A stretch of 64,000 nt of DNA. It comes from Pocillopora damicornis. Its lineage: Eukaryota. Below the pieces are notes generated by a model that worked only from the letters and a program-made list of their open reading frames with translations, had not been told where the DNA came from and searched no databases. Shown here one piece after another: positions 25,101-40,100 of this stretch. Location: positions 434,001 to 498,000 of the forward strand of contig NW_020846501.1 in NCBI RefSeq assembly GCF_003704095.1. The letters run 5' to 3'. The position numbers and the translations under genes were made by a program. Every line of letters begins with the position of its first letter. The first letter of the stretch is position 1.

Positions 25101-28100
25101 GTGATATAAGTGCTTCTGAAATCCATTTGATGACAGAGAGTAGGCCAACATCTCGTCGAAGGTCTATTCCCCCCGAATTCACCACAGAACTTACAGACAA
25201 AACAATTGAAGAAGGAGACTCTGTAGAAATGCAGATCTTTGTTACTGGCACACCTCCACCCGAAGTGATTTGGTATAAAGATGATCAACCAATCACAATT
25301 TACCCTCACAGGCGCTTCCATGCAACCAGAGAAAATGACATCTGTAGCCTAGAGATCAAGGATGCGAGATGCAGTGATCAAGGAAACTATATATGCCGAG
25401 CGAAGAACACTGCCGGTGAAGTCAGAAAATCCTGTAAACTAACTGTAAAGCAAGTCACTCCAACAAGCCCTCCTTCCTTTGTTAAACATTTAAAGGATGT
25501 GCATATTGTGGAAGGCTCTTGCACTCGTTTCGATGTGAAAGTCACAGGAATGCCAGAACCTGAGGTAGCTTGGTTTAAAGACGGAGTGCCAGTTAAACAA
25601 GACAAGCATTTGGAAATTGTTCACGATGAAGACACGTCTGCTTTGATTCTTATGTATGGCACACTAGAAGATGCAGGTGACTATGCTTGTAAAGCCAGTA
25701 GTGAGGCTGGGGTTGCTGAATCATGCGCGCATCTGTACATATCACCTTTACAAATACCTGCCAAATTTACGTCACAGTTAGAAAGTGTTGTGGTGTCTGA
25801 GGGAGACCCAGTCAAGCTCAAGTGCTCAGTGCTTGGAAAACCAGATCCCAATATAATTTGGTTTAAGGACCAACAGCAAGTTAACGAAAGTAGCAGGACA
25901 AAAATGAAAGTGTTATCTGACAACACATGCTTATTACACATTCTCAAGACGGACATGGATGATGAGGGGATTTACACATGCGCTGCAACAAATTCTGCTG
26001 GAGAGGATACTACCTCTACCACAGTGACAATAAATGGTAAAGGGAAAGCTCCGGAGTTTACCAAAGCCTTGCAAAATACTGAGGTTTCAGACGGCAGTCC
26101 ACTTTGTTTAGAAGTAAGAGTTAATGGAAAACCAACACCATTTGTAGAATGGCTGAAGGACACAAAGCTGTTAAAATCTGGGCCACGCTTTGATATCCAA
26201 ACAAGAGGAAATACACATACATTTCTAATTACGAATTGTAGAGATGACGATGGTGGTACGTATGTGTGCAAGGCAAGGAACAAGTTCGGTACAGCCTCTT
26301 GCGAAGCAGTGCTAGTGGTTGCAGAGGATACTGTACCACCAAGATTTACAAAGAAACTCTACGACTCTACAGCTGATTCTGGTAACACCGTTGAATTTTC
26401 TGTCAAGTACATTGGTAGTCCAGAGCCAAAAGTCAAATGGTATTTGGATGATGAGGAAGTTTCTGAAGACGACGAAGGTATGGACATTGACACAGAACCT
26501 GGTTCATCTTTGCTAGTACTAGAAGACATAGCACCGAATGACTCTGGGCAGTACAAATGCATTATATCTAATGTAGCAGGCAAAGCAGTCACAAGTGCAC
26601 AGCTCAAAGTGAGTGATGAAGGTAAAGAAACATTCCCAACCAGTATTCAGCGGGTTGTCGAGGCTGTTCCTCCCCCAGTGGAAAAAAGGCTTAGTGGTAA
26701 AGCACCTATGTTCATTAAGGAACTTTCAACTCTCCGTGTTACTGAGGGAGATGCAGTCCGGTTGGAAGTAATAGTTGATGGCTCACCCAGACCGGTTGTG
26801 CAGTGGTTTGTTGAAAATGACCATGTGGTAGAAGACGAGCATACACATACAGTCCAAGAGGGAAATAAGTATGCTTTGATTATTGACGGAACAGTATTGG
26901 ACGACGAGGCTGAGTACAAGTGTGTTGCCAAGAATTCTCTCGGATTAATAGAATGTACAGCTGAACTCTTGGTGGATGAGATAGCTATCAAACCTGAATT
27001 TCTAAAAGAACTGAGGCCAGTTGAAGTTTTGGAGGGGTGTAATGCACAGTTTGAAGTGGAGATTCAAGGAAATCCTGAACCAGACGTTGCATGGTTTAGA
27101 AACAATGTTCTTATTGAACCCAGTGAAAAATACAAACCAAGCTGGACTGAAAACGTCCACAAATTGGTTATTCATAAAACTGTTCTCGGTGATTCAGGGG
27201 AATTCGCGTGCCAGGCAAGGAATGATATTGGTTTGGTTTGGAGTGTTGCACCCCTCACTGTTAAACCAGGAAGAACTCACGGGAAACCTCCAACCTTCTT
27301 GGAAAAACCTCAAAGTACACATGTAATGTTAGGGGATGTTGTTTCCTTCGAGGTGAAAGTTGAAGGTACGCCGATGCCTACTGTTAAATGGTTCAATGAA
27401 GAGGGTGAAGAAATTCCAAAAACTGGTCGTATTTTTTCCTTGCCTAGTGGTAAATTAGCATTCAGTTCTGCGACTCTAGATGACGAAGGAATCTATAAAT
27501 GTGTTGCTGTCAATGAGAGTGGAGAAGCGTCATGTCAAGTGGAGCTTTTAGTTAATCAAGGAAATGCTTGCCAAGAAACTGAAGATATTTCTCCGTCACA
27601 TAATGTTGTTGTGGAACGTGAAGTATCCCTTGAAGGTGTGCTCGGCGTTCTAAAGGAGGCAGAAACGCCGCTACCACCACAAATCGTGAAGAGGTTAAAG
27701 GATCTTAGTGTAACAGAGGGTGACACAGCACGTTTTGAAGTGCACATTACTGGAGACCCTACACCTGATGTAGAGTGGTCCAGCAGTGGTGAGAAGATAG
27801 AAGGAAACGAGGAGACCCTTGTGGAATGTGATGGTGATATTTACAAACTTATTCTGATGGATGTTCTTCCAGACGATGATGGAGAGTACACAGTCACAGC
27901 TACAAACAAGATTGGAAAGGCGTCATGTACCGGGAAACTCTCTGTCGCAGAGAAGATTAAGAAGCCTTCTTTCTTGGATGAACTGAGGAATGTTGACGTA
28001 ACAGAAAATACTGATGTGCGCCTGGAAGTACGAGTACAAGGCACAGAACCTGATATTGATTGGTACAAGGATGGCGTTTTAATCGAAGAAGTTACGTCGA

Positions 28101-31100
28101 GAACTGAATTTGTTGAGAACGAAGAGAGAGGAAGTTATGCTTATCTCATTTACGGTGCCACATCAGAGGATCAGGGCACCTATCGTTGCACGGCGGTAAA
28201 TGAGGCCGGCCGTGTGTCGTGCGAAGGACAACTGACGGTGAGAGAAAACGTCACTCCTCCCAGGTTTCTCCAGCGCCTCGAAGACAACTCAGTTGTGGAG
28301 GGAGGTGCTGTTGACTTGGAGGTTGAGGTCAGTGGGAGACCAAGACCAGCTTTGAAGTGGCTGAAAGATGGGAGCATTGTTGTTCCAGATGATCGTTTTA
28401 AAATAGACACAGAAGGCCGTATTCATACATTGCAGATAACTCAATGTATGCTTTCAGATGGAGGGAAATACACTTGTACTGCTTCTAACAGTGGCGGCAC
28501 GGATACTTGCTCTGCTAATCTGCAAGTCGAAAAAGAGATGCACGCCCCAGAATTTGTTGTTCGACCTGAAGGAGCACACATTGTCGAGGGAAGCCAAGCC
28601 AGATTTGAGGCAGTTGTTTCTGGTCTACCAGAACCCGAAATTGAGTGGTTCAAAGATGGAAAACTTGTACGAAACAGTCACCGCTTTGAACTGGAGTTCG
28701 ACAGAAATCGATCCGCTCTTACTGTGAAGGGAGCAAAACAAACAGATGACGGAGAATTCACGTGTACAGCTACCAACCAAGTTGGGAAGGTTTCTTGCTC
28801 TATAGAACTTGTTGTTGACGAGGCAGTTGTTGCACCTGAATTTGTCAAGAAAATGACAAATATAGAGTTATGTGAGGGTGACTTGGCACGATTTGACGTT
28901 CGGGTGTCTGGCACACCTCAACCAGACATAAAATGGTTGAAGAATGACGAGTCTTTGCGAGGGGAATCACGATACGAATTTCTCTCCGATGATGACATGC
29001 ATTCCTTGGAGTTGTCTAATTGCCTGTTATCTGATGCTGGAACATACCGCTGTACCGCCTCAAATGAGGCAGGAGAAACGTCTTGCACTGGCGAACTCAC
29101 TGTTGCAGAAAAGCTGTCCCCTCCAGTGTTTACGGATGAGCCCTATTTTCCAAGTTTGATTGAAGCTGGAGGTGACATTGTGCTAGAGGCGATGGTTAGT
29201 GGTAAGCCTACACCAACTGTGGAGTGGGTCAAAGATGATACAGCTCTTAAGAACAGCAGTCAATTTAACATAAAGGCCAAAGATGACAAACATACCCTAA
29301 CTATTTCTAGTGCTAGCCCTGCTGATTCTGGAGCTTATAAGTGCATCGCACATAATACTGGTGGAACGTCCACAAGGACTTTCAACGTTAACATTGAAGG
29401 TAAGGATGTTTGTTTCAATGTTTATCTTTTGTAGCAGCTTCCATGTACATGTAGCACAGATATTTCACTGTGCTATGTCATCCTCAGATTAATTTGTGTA
29501 TTTTAACATGCATTGCTCTAACTGGTGATGGCAGAAGCGTGTGAGACCAGATACGTTTGTAATCATTTCGAGTCGGACAATACATAAAAATATTGACCAA
29601 TCATATGGCTCTTTAGTGGCTCCTATGACTTGAACTGTTTTTTAAACAATGTGCTCTGTGGTAGATGTTAAATGTCGGAGAAGCTTGCAACAGTTTGCTT
29701 TTACATGAATTACACTTCGTTAGTGAGCTGCAATCAGCATACCAAAAACGCTCTAGTTCGGGTATTTAAGAGGCTGCTTCGTAAAATGATATCAACTGAC
29801 ATAAGGTTCTCTATGTAACATTGTAAGAGCAGTGGTAGACCAACAAAGGCCCAAGCAAATAGAATAGAGTTTAATTCTGTAAAATACTTCTTAACCTTAT
29901 CATTAGTAATCCTGCCCAGCTTTCTCAGCTATTGGCTTCAAGGTGGCTTTTATTTGTAAGCATCTGAGGAACGACCTAGCACTATAAAATTATTTAAGTG
30001 TATCAGCATACTTTACATATATTGTCGGTTAAAAGCATAATTATATCGCTCAACCATTGCTCTGTGTGTACTTTGTAATTGTTATCAATCAAAGGCACCT
30101 CCCTCACCTCAACTAATGCTTTTTATTCTGCTAACTGTACTTTGTACATTCTGCCTTGGTGCAGTGTTTCTTCCTCACTTGTCGTCTGTGGACGAGCTAT
30201 GGCTTTGTTGAAGTCGGTCTTTGTGTAGGCTAACTGGCCTCTTCCAAATCTTGTAACACGTTTGATTCTGCTTATCATACGTCGTTCATACCTCTGTCGT
30301 GACGTCTCGCAGACGAGCTTCTAGATACAGACGGTCTACCTTTACGGAAATGTGAAGAAACAATCCCTTTTTTATTGCATAGCCTCAAAGCCGCACGGAA
30401 CTGCGCCCACGTTTACAAAGTTGTTGGTGTCACCAACAGCCATTGAGAACTCTCCAGTTACTCTGGAGTGCGAAGTCGTTGGTTCTCCTGAAATATTCAT
30501 CGAGTGGATCAAAGGCGATTGTCGAGTTAGGCAAACGACACGTGTTCGTACCGAATTTGATGGGAAAAACTGCCGTCTAATATTCTTACGCACAGAGCTC
30601 GATGATGAAGCAGATTACAAGTGTATTGCTAGAAATGCGTTTGGCACTGCATCTACAGATTGTGAAGTGCTAGTGGAGGAAGATCTCAGTCAACATCATA
30701 GTCCACCTTTTTTCAAAAAGAAGCCACACAACCAAACGATATCAGAAGGTCAACATGCAACGTTCAGTGCTATTATCGGAGGAACCCCAGAACCCGAAGT
30801 CGATTGGTTTAAGGATGAAAAAGCGATTGAAGATAAAGGGAGATTTGTTATTAGAGACGATCTTGACAAGGGAAAGTTTTCCCTAACTATTGAAGAAACC
30901 TTTGTTGAGGATGCCGGCATATACAAGTGTGTTGCCTTTAATGAAGTTGGAGAGGAGTCATACGAGGCAAGATTAAGTATTATTCCCCTTGGAAATAAAA
31001 GTGAACCCACCTTTGAGGTGCCTTTTGAAGTCTCCGTTAATGCAGAGTCGGCCACACCCCTGAGCTTTTCCAACCAGCCAAAGTTTGTGGTAACATCAGG

Positions 31101-34100
31101 AGAACCAGGTGCAACTAAGGATCAACCTCGACCCACGAAAGAGAAGCTTACAGCTTCAAGAAAGACCGCAGACTTTGATCTTGAACCTCCGCACTTTATT
31201 GCCTTGCCGGAAGGTCTCAGTCCTTTTGAAGTGAACGCAGATGAAGATGTCACTCTGCAAGTGAGAGTAAGAGGTAAACCTCTCCCGGAGGTAAAGTGGC
31301 TGAAAGATGAGAAGCCCCTGGTAGAAACAAGCAAATTCCTATGGAACAATGACACAGATATATATACGTTAGTGATCTGTGGACCTACACCAAGAGATAA
31401 AGGAACTTACGTCTGTTTAGCATCAAATAGTGCTGGAACTGCCACGAGAAGTTTTGAAGTGAACATAGAAGGCTATGAAGACTGGGTTATGCCTTCATTT
31501 CAGGAACATACAGCAAACCCCTTTGTAATATCAGATGATGGCGATGTGACCATGGACGTTAGAGTAGCGGGGAATCCTTCACCAAGCGTTGAGTGGAGAA
31601 AAGATGGTCAACCCATATTGGAAAATGAACGGGTTAAATTGTTTTCTTCAGAAGACGTTCACAGACTTTTTATCAAAGGAGCTTCGCCAGAAGACGAAGG
31701 GAATTACATTTGCACGGCAACTAACCCAGCTGGAAAGTCGACCAGAACATACACTCTAGACATTGGTGGTGTTGGGCCTGAAGAGGTCAGAAGTCGCCAG
31801 GAAGTTGTAGACGAAACATTAGTGCCTCCCAGAATTGTAAAACAGACAGAGCTAGAGACACCAATAAGTATTTCTGAGGATGGTGATGTTAAACTGGAGG
31901 TTATGTTCAATGGAACCCCAGACGAAGAGTGGACAAAGGATGGAATAGTCATACAGGAAAGTAACCATTTTCAGATAAACTCAGAAGTTGGAGTGCAGAA
32001 TCTTGTTATTAAGGGTGCCACTCAGGAGGACAAAGGAGTATACAAATGCATGCCTTCTAATAAAGCTGGCTCCTCGTGGAAAACATTTTCAGTTGATTGT
32101 AAAGAAGCGGAGAACGTTCACCCAGAACAACCTTCGGGACTGGAAAGGCCTTCTTTTGTTGAAGATGACAATGTCGTTCCTTTTCAACTGACTGTCGATG
32201 GAGATGTTAAGCTTGCAGCAAGAGTTCAGGGTAGCCCCACACCACAAGTTGAGTGGGATAAGGATGATGTTCCTCTACAAAACAGCGAGCATATTGTTAT
32301 TACTTCTAAAGATGACCTTTACTCCTTACTGATTTCAAATCCAACTATCTCTGACAAAGGAAAGTACACTCTTACTGCCACAAATGAAGCTGGAGTTGGT
32401 ACACGTGCTTTCGATGTTAAAATTAAAGGTAGCTCTTTATCTTGAAGTTATAAAGTGAGAGGTTTCCTTTTGTAATCTTTTTTAATTTCTCTAGTTTAGA
32501 CATTTCTCATTTTCTTGCTGGCAGATGAAAGTTTCTCCAAGTAATAAATTGGATCCTTTTAACTGGTCTTAGTTTAGTCGCGATTTTGGTTTTCTCGTAC
32601 GGATTTGCCACGTTGTTCGCTAGTAGACAAACATTAGAAAGAGAATGATACTCCTCTGACCATCGGGGTGCCTCCACAGATAGTACTTTCTCGAATTCTT
32701 ATTAAATGCATTGATCAGTTGTTTAATTTTTCCAGTTTCCCCCAAATCCATCATCTGGAATTCTTGGTAAAGTTTGATTTACAAAAAGATGAACTTGATA
32801 CAATTTGTTCGCCCAAGGGAACCATATGGTTGATATGCTTTTCAAGCTTTATAGCTGCTTATTGCAGTCGTCTAAAATTTAATTGCAGTTATCGATGAAA
32901 CATGTTTAACTCGTAATGATTTTGTGTCATTATTACAATATGCTTTTTCTTCACCAGATAGACAGTTGATCTTATTTTTCTTAGCCACTAATTTGCTGAA
33001 TAAATTGAATTATAATGAATGTTGATCAACGTACATGTCACAGGTGCAAAGCCAATTAGTTCGACGCCAGAAATCACCAAGGAACTTGATGAGGTAGAGG
33101 TACTTCAAGGACAACCAATCACTTTGGAGTGTCATGTCTCTGGAGCTTCTGATGCTCACGTGAAGTGGTTTCATGACAATGTTCTTCTGACTGACAATGA
33201 GCGAATAACCACCTCATTCGATGGTGTGGTTTGTGTCCTGACAATCCAACGCTCAATTCTAGATGATGAAGGGGACTATCTGTGTCAGATAGAGAATGAC
33301 CAAGGTGTCGTGTCAAGTTCTTCTGAAGTGATAGTGGACGAAGGAATGGCGTTACCAATTTTCAAAGAGCCACTGAAAAACACAAGCATTACCGAAGGCG
33401 AGAATGTCTGCTTTGATATCCGTGTTGTAGGAAACCCAGAACCAGTCGTGGAATGGTTTAAAGATGGTGTACAGCTTGAAGATGAGGGCCGTATTATGAT
33501 AATTGATGACGTGGATGATGATCAGCCAGAACTCTTCTCTCTTGTAATCGAAAAGTGTGAACAATCAGATGTTGGTCTGTACAAATGTATAGCTATGAAC
33601 GAAGCTGGCAAAGATTCGTGTAGTGCTCAACTGCAAGTCACCTCTTCATCAGTTGCACAGAAGAGTCCAGATATTGCTAAGATTCCTGTGGATGTCACAG
33701 AGGGCCAAGACGTAACACTGAAGGCTTTGACCAGTGCACAACTTCCCAAAGTCATTTGGCTTAAGGATGATGAACCTTTGATGCAGAGTACCCACTATGA
33801 TATTGATGCTAAACAAGGCATCCATACTCTGACAATAAGAAATGCCTTACCTGAGGACTCTGGGATTTACAAGTTTGATACTAATGATGATAGCACCAGT
33901 ATCTTCAAGGTCACCATTAAAGGTAATACTAGCAAATTTGATTTTCAAAGAGAAAATCTTGCGTATGAAAAATTGTGGAAGGCGGTTATGTGCCTCATTA
34001 GATACACGAAAAATGCACTGCGTCGGTGCTCGCTATCAGTTAGTTTTGCAATCATACTTTTTTTTAATAGTTCCACTAATAATTTCCTTACTTTCACTAA

Positions 34101-37100
34101 AATATTTGCGGAAGCTATGTTTACTTGAATGTTTTTCTAAATTTGTTGAAGAGTGTTTTCACGTAATTATGGTATTTATTGAGGCGAGGTTTGGATAGAG
34201 TTGCTTGATGATAAGGGTAATTTTTTAGTCAATAAATTGGGTGTGGTAAATGAATATCGGACAGTGTCCCATTTAAACCTCTTACCTCTCTCATTAAATC
34301 TCATCTTAATTTATCTTGAAGGGAAAGATTCTTTAGATGGCGTCGCACCGGAGGTCACAACAGTAAATAGTCCTGTGGAAGTACTTGAGGGAAGTACAGC
34401 CAAACTGACTTGTGTGGTCACTGGAACACCATATCCAAAAGTTACTTGGCTAATAGATGGTAGTCCTGTTGAGACAAGTGAGCGTGTCATTTTCGACTAC
34501 GATGGAGAGTTCTCATCACTTCTCTTCCTAAGCACTGAGCTGGATGACGAAGGAGAGTATCAGTGTAAAGCACAGAACGAGATTGGATCAGCAATCAGCA
34601 CTATGGAACTTCTGGTAAATGAACTCAGTGACCTTGAAGATCAGAGTAAACCAGCGTTTTCAGAGAAATTGAAAGAGGTCAGCACATTTGAAGGTGATAC
34701 TGCAGTCTTTAGCGTAAAGGTTCAAGGCTTTCCACTTCCTGACGTTCAGTGGTACTCGTCTGAACGGGAAATTTTAAAAAATGAGCGGTTTGTTACAGAT
34801 TCAGCTGTAGATGGTCGCCACACGCTCACTATCAATGACTGTGTAACTAAAGACAAAGGGAGATACAAATGTGTTGCATCCAATGTAGTTGGGAAGGCTG
34901 TGTGTTCAGCTGGGTTGACAGTTAAGGAAAAGTTAATCCCACCCCAATTTTCAGACCAAGATAGTGGAGCTCCGATGTTGATTGATGAAGGAAGCGATGT
35001 TATGCTGCAAGTTGAAGTAACTGGAAAGCCAAAGCCGTCCACTAAGTGGTACAAAGACGACCAACCAATTAGTCGAACCAGTAGCAAGTACAAGACTGAT
35101 GTTCTAGGAGAGAGGCAGTCTCTCAATATTGTCGCTGCAACACCAGAAGACTCTGGAATTTATCAGTGTAGAGCTACCAGCCCGTCTGGGACAATAACGA
35201 GAACCTTCGATGTTAATATAAAAGGTTAGTTTTCGAGTCTGAAACATTTGTTTTCCATATTTCAGCCGCAGAGAATGACCGAAAAATAAATGTCAGTTTT
35301 TCATAAATTGTTCTGAGCGAGAGGTTTGGGTTGTCGCCATCGTTTCTGTGATTTGTTTGGAGTAGCACTCTGTGGTTTGATCCTTTTTATTTTTTTCTTT
35401 TTTCGAAATTTAAAACTTCGAAGTATAAAATACAGTCATGATAGTCCACCTTGTTCATTGAGGTGGGTCTTTCTCCTCGAGTTTTTTCGTTTAAAAGTAT
35501 ATCTCATAGTGAGCAAGAGACACCAACTTGTGAATAGAAGTATTTCCTTACTCATTACATGAACAGCAAAACAACCGGAGGGTGAGTCTCCCAAGTTCAT
35601 TCAGCCCTTAAAGTCCAAGAAGGTGTTCGAAGGTAGTGCCGCAAAGCTTGAGGTCAGGATATCGGGTGAGCCAGAGCCGAAAGTGGAGTGGTTTAAAGAT
35701 GAACAACCAATAGAAGAAGGTGGCAACTTCAGAATTGAATTTGACGACACTGATGGCTGTACGCTCGTCATCAATTCTACCAAGACGAGTCATGAAGGTC
35801 TGTACAAGTGCGTGGCTTCAAATTCATTTGGAAAAGCTAACTCTGAGGCAGAGTTGCTGGTTACAGGTTTGTATTTATCTTGAGGCTAGTCGTAATGAAA
35901 GGTGAAGTATTCTTTTGTGGGAGTGTGAGAGGAAGGATTGGTCAGAATTTGTGACAGGAATGTAAATGTTCATGCCCAGCATAATACGTGAGCCTGTAAA
36001 TGTTGGTGTTTGGAACGACATTCTTTCATTTCATTCATAAGATAGTTCGTAAATTCGTAGAATTTAATTAATTGGGCGGGCTTACTTTATATTTCCACTA
36101 CCAGGCTAACGACATGTTTGAACGCATGGACGTGTTCGCTATTCAACAAGTGCGATGAAAATTTGGTTAAAATTATTATTACATGCGTCAGCTTTGCGTT
36201 GATCGAAGCACTTAGGACGTTTGGAGAGCAACAAGCTTGAGTTTGCTCACGGCTGCACTTCTAGCGAGTCTTCAACATACTTGGTGCTCTCCGAAGTTCG
36301 CGCGTGCTACATGTTTTAATTGACGCATGTTGACGTAGAGCCATTTGTTCATTAGAGTCATTCTTGTATACGGTTCTTTTCTTCTGTAGGAGACGATGAA
36401 AATAAAGTGGAGTCCCCAGAAAACTTAGTAACGGTGGAAAAAAGTGTACCGATAAGTTCAGTACCTTTTGGACCAGTGGAAGTTGCACTCCCAGTTAAAG
36501 AGGAGAGCCTTCCTTCAACCTACAAGGAGAAACGTGAAGTGTCAGAGAAGGAGCTTCCACAAAGTAGACCTTCTTTTGAAGCTGTTCAGGTATCCTAAAA
36601 TTTCTATTTGCGTAGAGACTATCAGTCAAATACAAGAGCGTTGAAATAAGCAGTGCTATTTGTTAGTGTCTTGGGACTCAGAACTTAGGCTCAAACTGCA
36701 GTCAATGTATTGTTTCAATGTTTCATTACAATCACCTTTCGGGTAAAAAAAGGATAGGAGCGCAAAGTATGTCAATTGAGTACGATATGGGATTGGCTTG
36801 CTAACGTTTCAAACATCTGGATGTGGCGGAAACCCTTATAAGATCTCTGTGTTTGGGTTTTGTATTCTTTTATGGACTAAGAAGATTTTAATTATTGTAT
36901 CTCTGTCAATTCATTTTTGTAGCTTGTTTTACCTGGACCAGGAGATGTGCCTTTGATACCAGACACTATTTCAGCCTTGGAATACGAGCCAGTTCAACTG
37001 ACACTGCCGGGTGCGAATGAACCCATTCTGCCTGACTTTATGGATGTTCCTAATGACTTAAAGGTAAATGAAGGCGCCAAGGTGGTTCTCAAAGTGAGGG

Positions 37101-40100
37101 TAATTGGACAACCTGTGCCTGAAGTTACATGGTTTGTAGATGACGAGCCAGTGCAACCAAGTGACAATATTTCTATTCGTTCTGATGGAGATAAGCATGA
37201 GCTTATTATTCATGAGGCAGAAGTGGATGATGAAGGGATGTACAAATGTGTAGCAAAAAGTGAGGCAGGAAAAGCTATCTGCGAAGTGGAATTGCTCGTA
37301 GAAGGTAATTTTTGTAGACTCTTAGAGACCAGCCTTCGGGTTTCGAAGGATGGATAACGCTACAACCGTTTGCCTTTTGAATAAACCTTTATCCGTTGGA
37401 TAAGATAGTACGTGGGATAGCGTTATCTGCTATTTTAACAACTGGGCGTAGGCGACATCAGTTGGAATAAAGCCTGTGGAAAATTGATGTCATTGAAAAA
37501 CACATCAAGTAGCGAAGTTGGAAGCTTTTTGGATCTCAAATCTGAACCAGTTATCTTTCCTCATGGTATTTCGCATGTAACAATTTTTTTCCATAGAACG
37601 TTTTTAAGCGTTTAAGAGTTATGTTGTAAGTTAGCGTTTATTACGACGCATCAGATCCATTGGTACTCATGAAGTTTTTTTGTAACAAATGAAAAATGTT
37701 TAGTAGAGTGTCTTCTAACTACATTTACAGAAGCAAGAAAGCCAAAAACAGAGGAATCCCTTGAAGTTCAAATCACAAAGGAGCTGGAGGACGTTGAAGT
37801 TGATGAAGGAGAACCAGCAACTTTGGAGATCTGTTTTGTGAGTCGAGACAAACCAGCTGTGTCCTGGTTCAAGGGAATGAAGCCTGTAGAACCGAACAAG
37901 AGAGTCAAAATTATAACAGATGAGCAAAGCAGTAAGCTGATTATCAAGAAGACCGTCGGTGAAGATGAGGGACTTTACAAGTGTTCAGTTAAAAGTGGGA
38001 CTTGGGAAATGAATTCCTCTGCAGAACTTATAGTGGAAGGTTTGTGAATTAGGCAAACTCAAGTAAATAAGCACTTTGGTCTTAACGATACAATTTGACC
38101 TGGTAACACGTGCATTGTTGACTTAACGCAATATGATCGTTTACAGTACTTTAGATGAGCTGTTTCTCGATATTGAACTCTCACAACCACCAAATTCAGT
38201 ACCGGTACCGTATGAGTGCTGTTTGAAGTACAGATTAATTTTTGTTTGTTTTAAATTACTCGATGATTTTTTTAAAAACTCTCTATTTCATTTCAGAACC
38301 AAGTGACGACGAAAAAGTGATGTAAGTAATTTCACGTATTGTTTTTATATTATCATAGACATAGACGGAACCAGAACCTGATAAGAAGTTGAGACAAATT
38401 TTATCATTACCTTTTAAACTTAATTACTCCACATTGTTTACAACGTTCAGGATCCGAAAGGCATTTTATTTGAAAATGAACGTTCATTATTGTTTTGATC
38501 AGACTCAGGAAGCCTGTTCTGGTTCAAAAATTTTCTGATGGGGACATTGTGGAGGGGGAAAAGCTTGAACTGCAGATCAAAGTGATTGGCTCCAAACCTG
38601 TCACTGTCACGTGGTACAGAGACGATGAAAAGATAGAAGCAGACGATCACTGCAAATTACTCTCAGACGACGAGATTCATGTGCTCAGAGTAAACCAAGC
38701 AGAAATCGACGACGAGGCCATATACAAGTGTGTAGTGAAGAATCCTGCAGGACAAGATCAGTGTGAGGCACAAATCCTGGTTGAAGGTACTGCAGTGTTT
38801 TTACCATATGATGTTTTTGCTCAGGACCGAAAGAATTTTTTTCACCATTTGCAACTTGATTTCTCTATTTGCAGAAAAGACTGATTCTGTGGAATTTGTT
38901 GATGCAGAGTTCAGTGGTATGTGATGTTCGAAATTTTAGAAACGACCAATGAAACGAAGTTCAACGTTCAAGTTGCAGCGGGTGTTTTACTCTAAAAAAT
39001 ACTCTTTGGTCTTTAGAACTATCGTTGTTGTAAATTCTTAACATGACCATGGTGGTGACTAAGTCATCAACGTGCAACGTCTGCAAACAAATATATTAAA
39101 CGAAACAACAAAAAAAAAACAAGCAGGTTTCATGTACCCTTGGTAGTGGGCCGAGCAAATCGGCCGAGAAAAATGACTTCAGAGCAACATGAGAAACTTT
39201 GACTGAAGTAAGCCATTCAGTTAGCTATTTACAAGCGTGCGCTTTAACTCGAACGTTGTCCTTCCGGCTTCTCTTTCTCTTTCTCGAAACCGTTTTGACT
39301 TAGGCGATCTTTGACTTTCCGAATTTTTTTTTTCACTCAGAAAACGCTCCTCATTTCATCTCACGTTTGCCAGAAGAGATAGAGGTTCTTGAAGGTGACT
39401 TAACACGGCTTGAATGTCGAATAGGACTTGCGGCAGAAGTTTCCTGGTTTAAAGATGACGAACCTTTGGAGGAGGACGATCGCATCACCATTGAAAACGA
39501 GGGTGATGCTTCTGCAGTTGTCATCTCCTGTACAGAATTAGACGATGAAGGTGACTACAAATGTGTAGTGCAAAACGAGTTTGGTAGAGCCATGTGTCAG
39601 ACTGAGGTAATTGTGGAAGAAGGTGTTAGTATGCCACTGATTAAGGAGTCGCTGAAGAACCTTGAGGCCAATGAAGGTGATGTGGTTAAGTTTGAGGTTC
39701 GTATCACAGGTAACCCTGAACCGGTGGTGGAATGGTTCAAGAACGGGAGTCAGTTGCAAGACGAGGGACGTGTGATCATTGTTGACGATGCTGATGACAA
39801 TGACGAAGAGCTCTTTTGTCTCGTCATTGAGGATTGTAAAGTTGGTGATTCTGGGACGTACAAGGTCGTGGCAATGAGTGAGGCTGGAACTGCCAATTGT
39901 GAGTGCAGCCTGAATGTTACTCGTACTCAGGTTCCGCCGGAGTTCAAAGATGAAATGGAAGAGGTAGGAGCATTTTATTCAAATGTGCCATCGTTTTTTC
40001 GAATTATAGATATCCTTCATGGGTAACGCACTATCTTTAGCTCGAAGTAAAAGCAGATGGTACAGCAGGTACGAAAATTATTTAAACGTCGATCAGTTAG

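Noticed and set aside
32525-32540. Candidate 16-nt micro-exon
   Set aside because: It would shift the frame between two phase-1 exons, and I found no compensating exon.
36590-36922. GTATCCT donor resembling a U12-type intron (also GTATCCA at 60068)
   Set aside because: The consensus is incomplete and there is no TCCTTAAC branch point near the acceptor; an ordinary pyrimidine tract is present.
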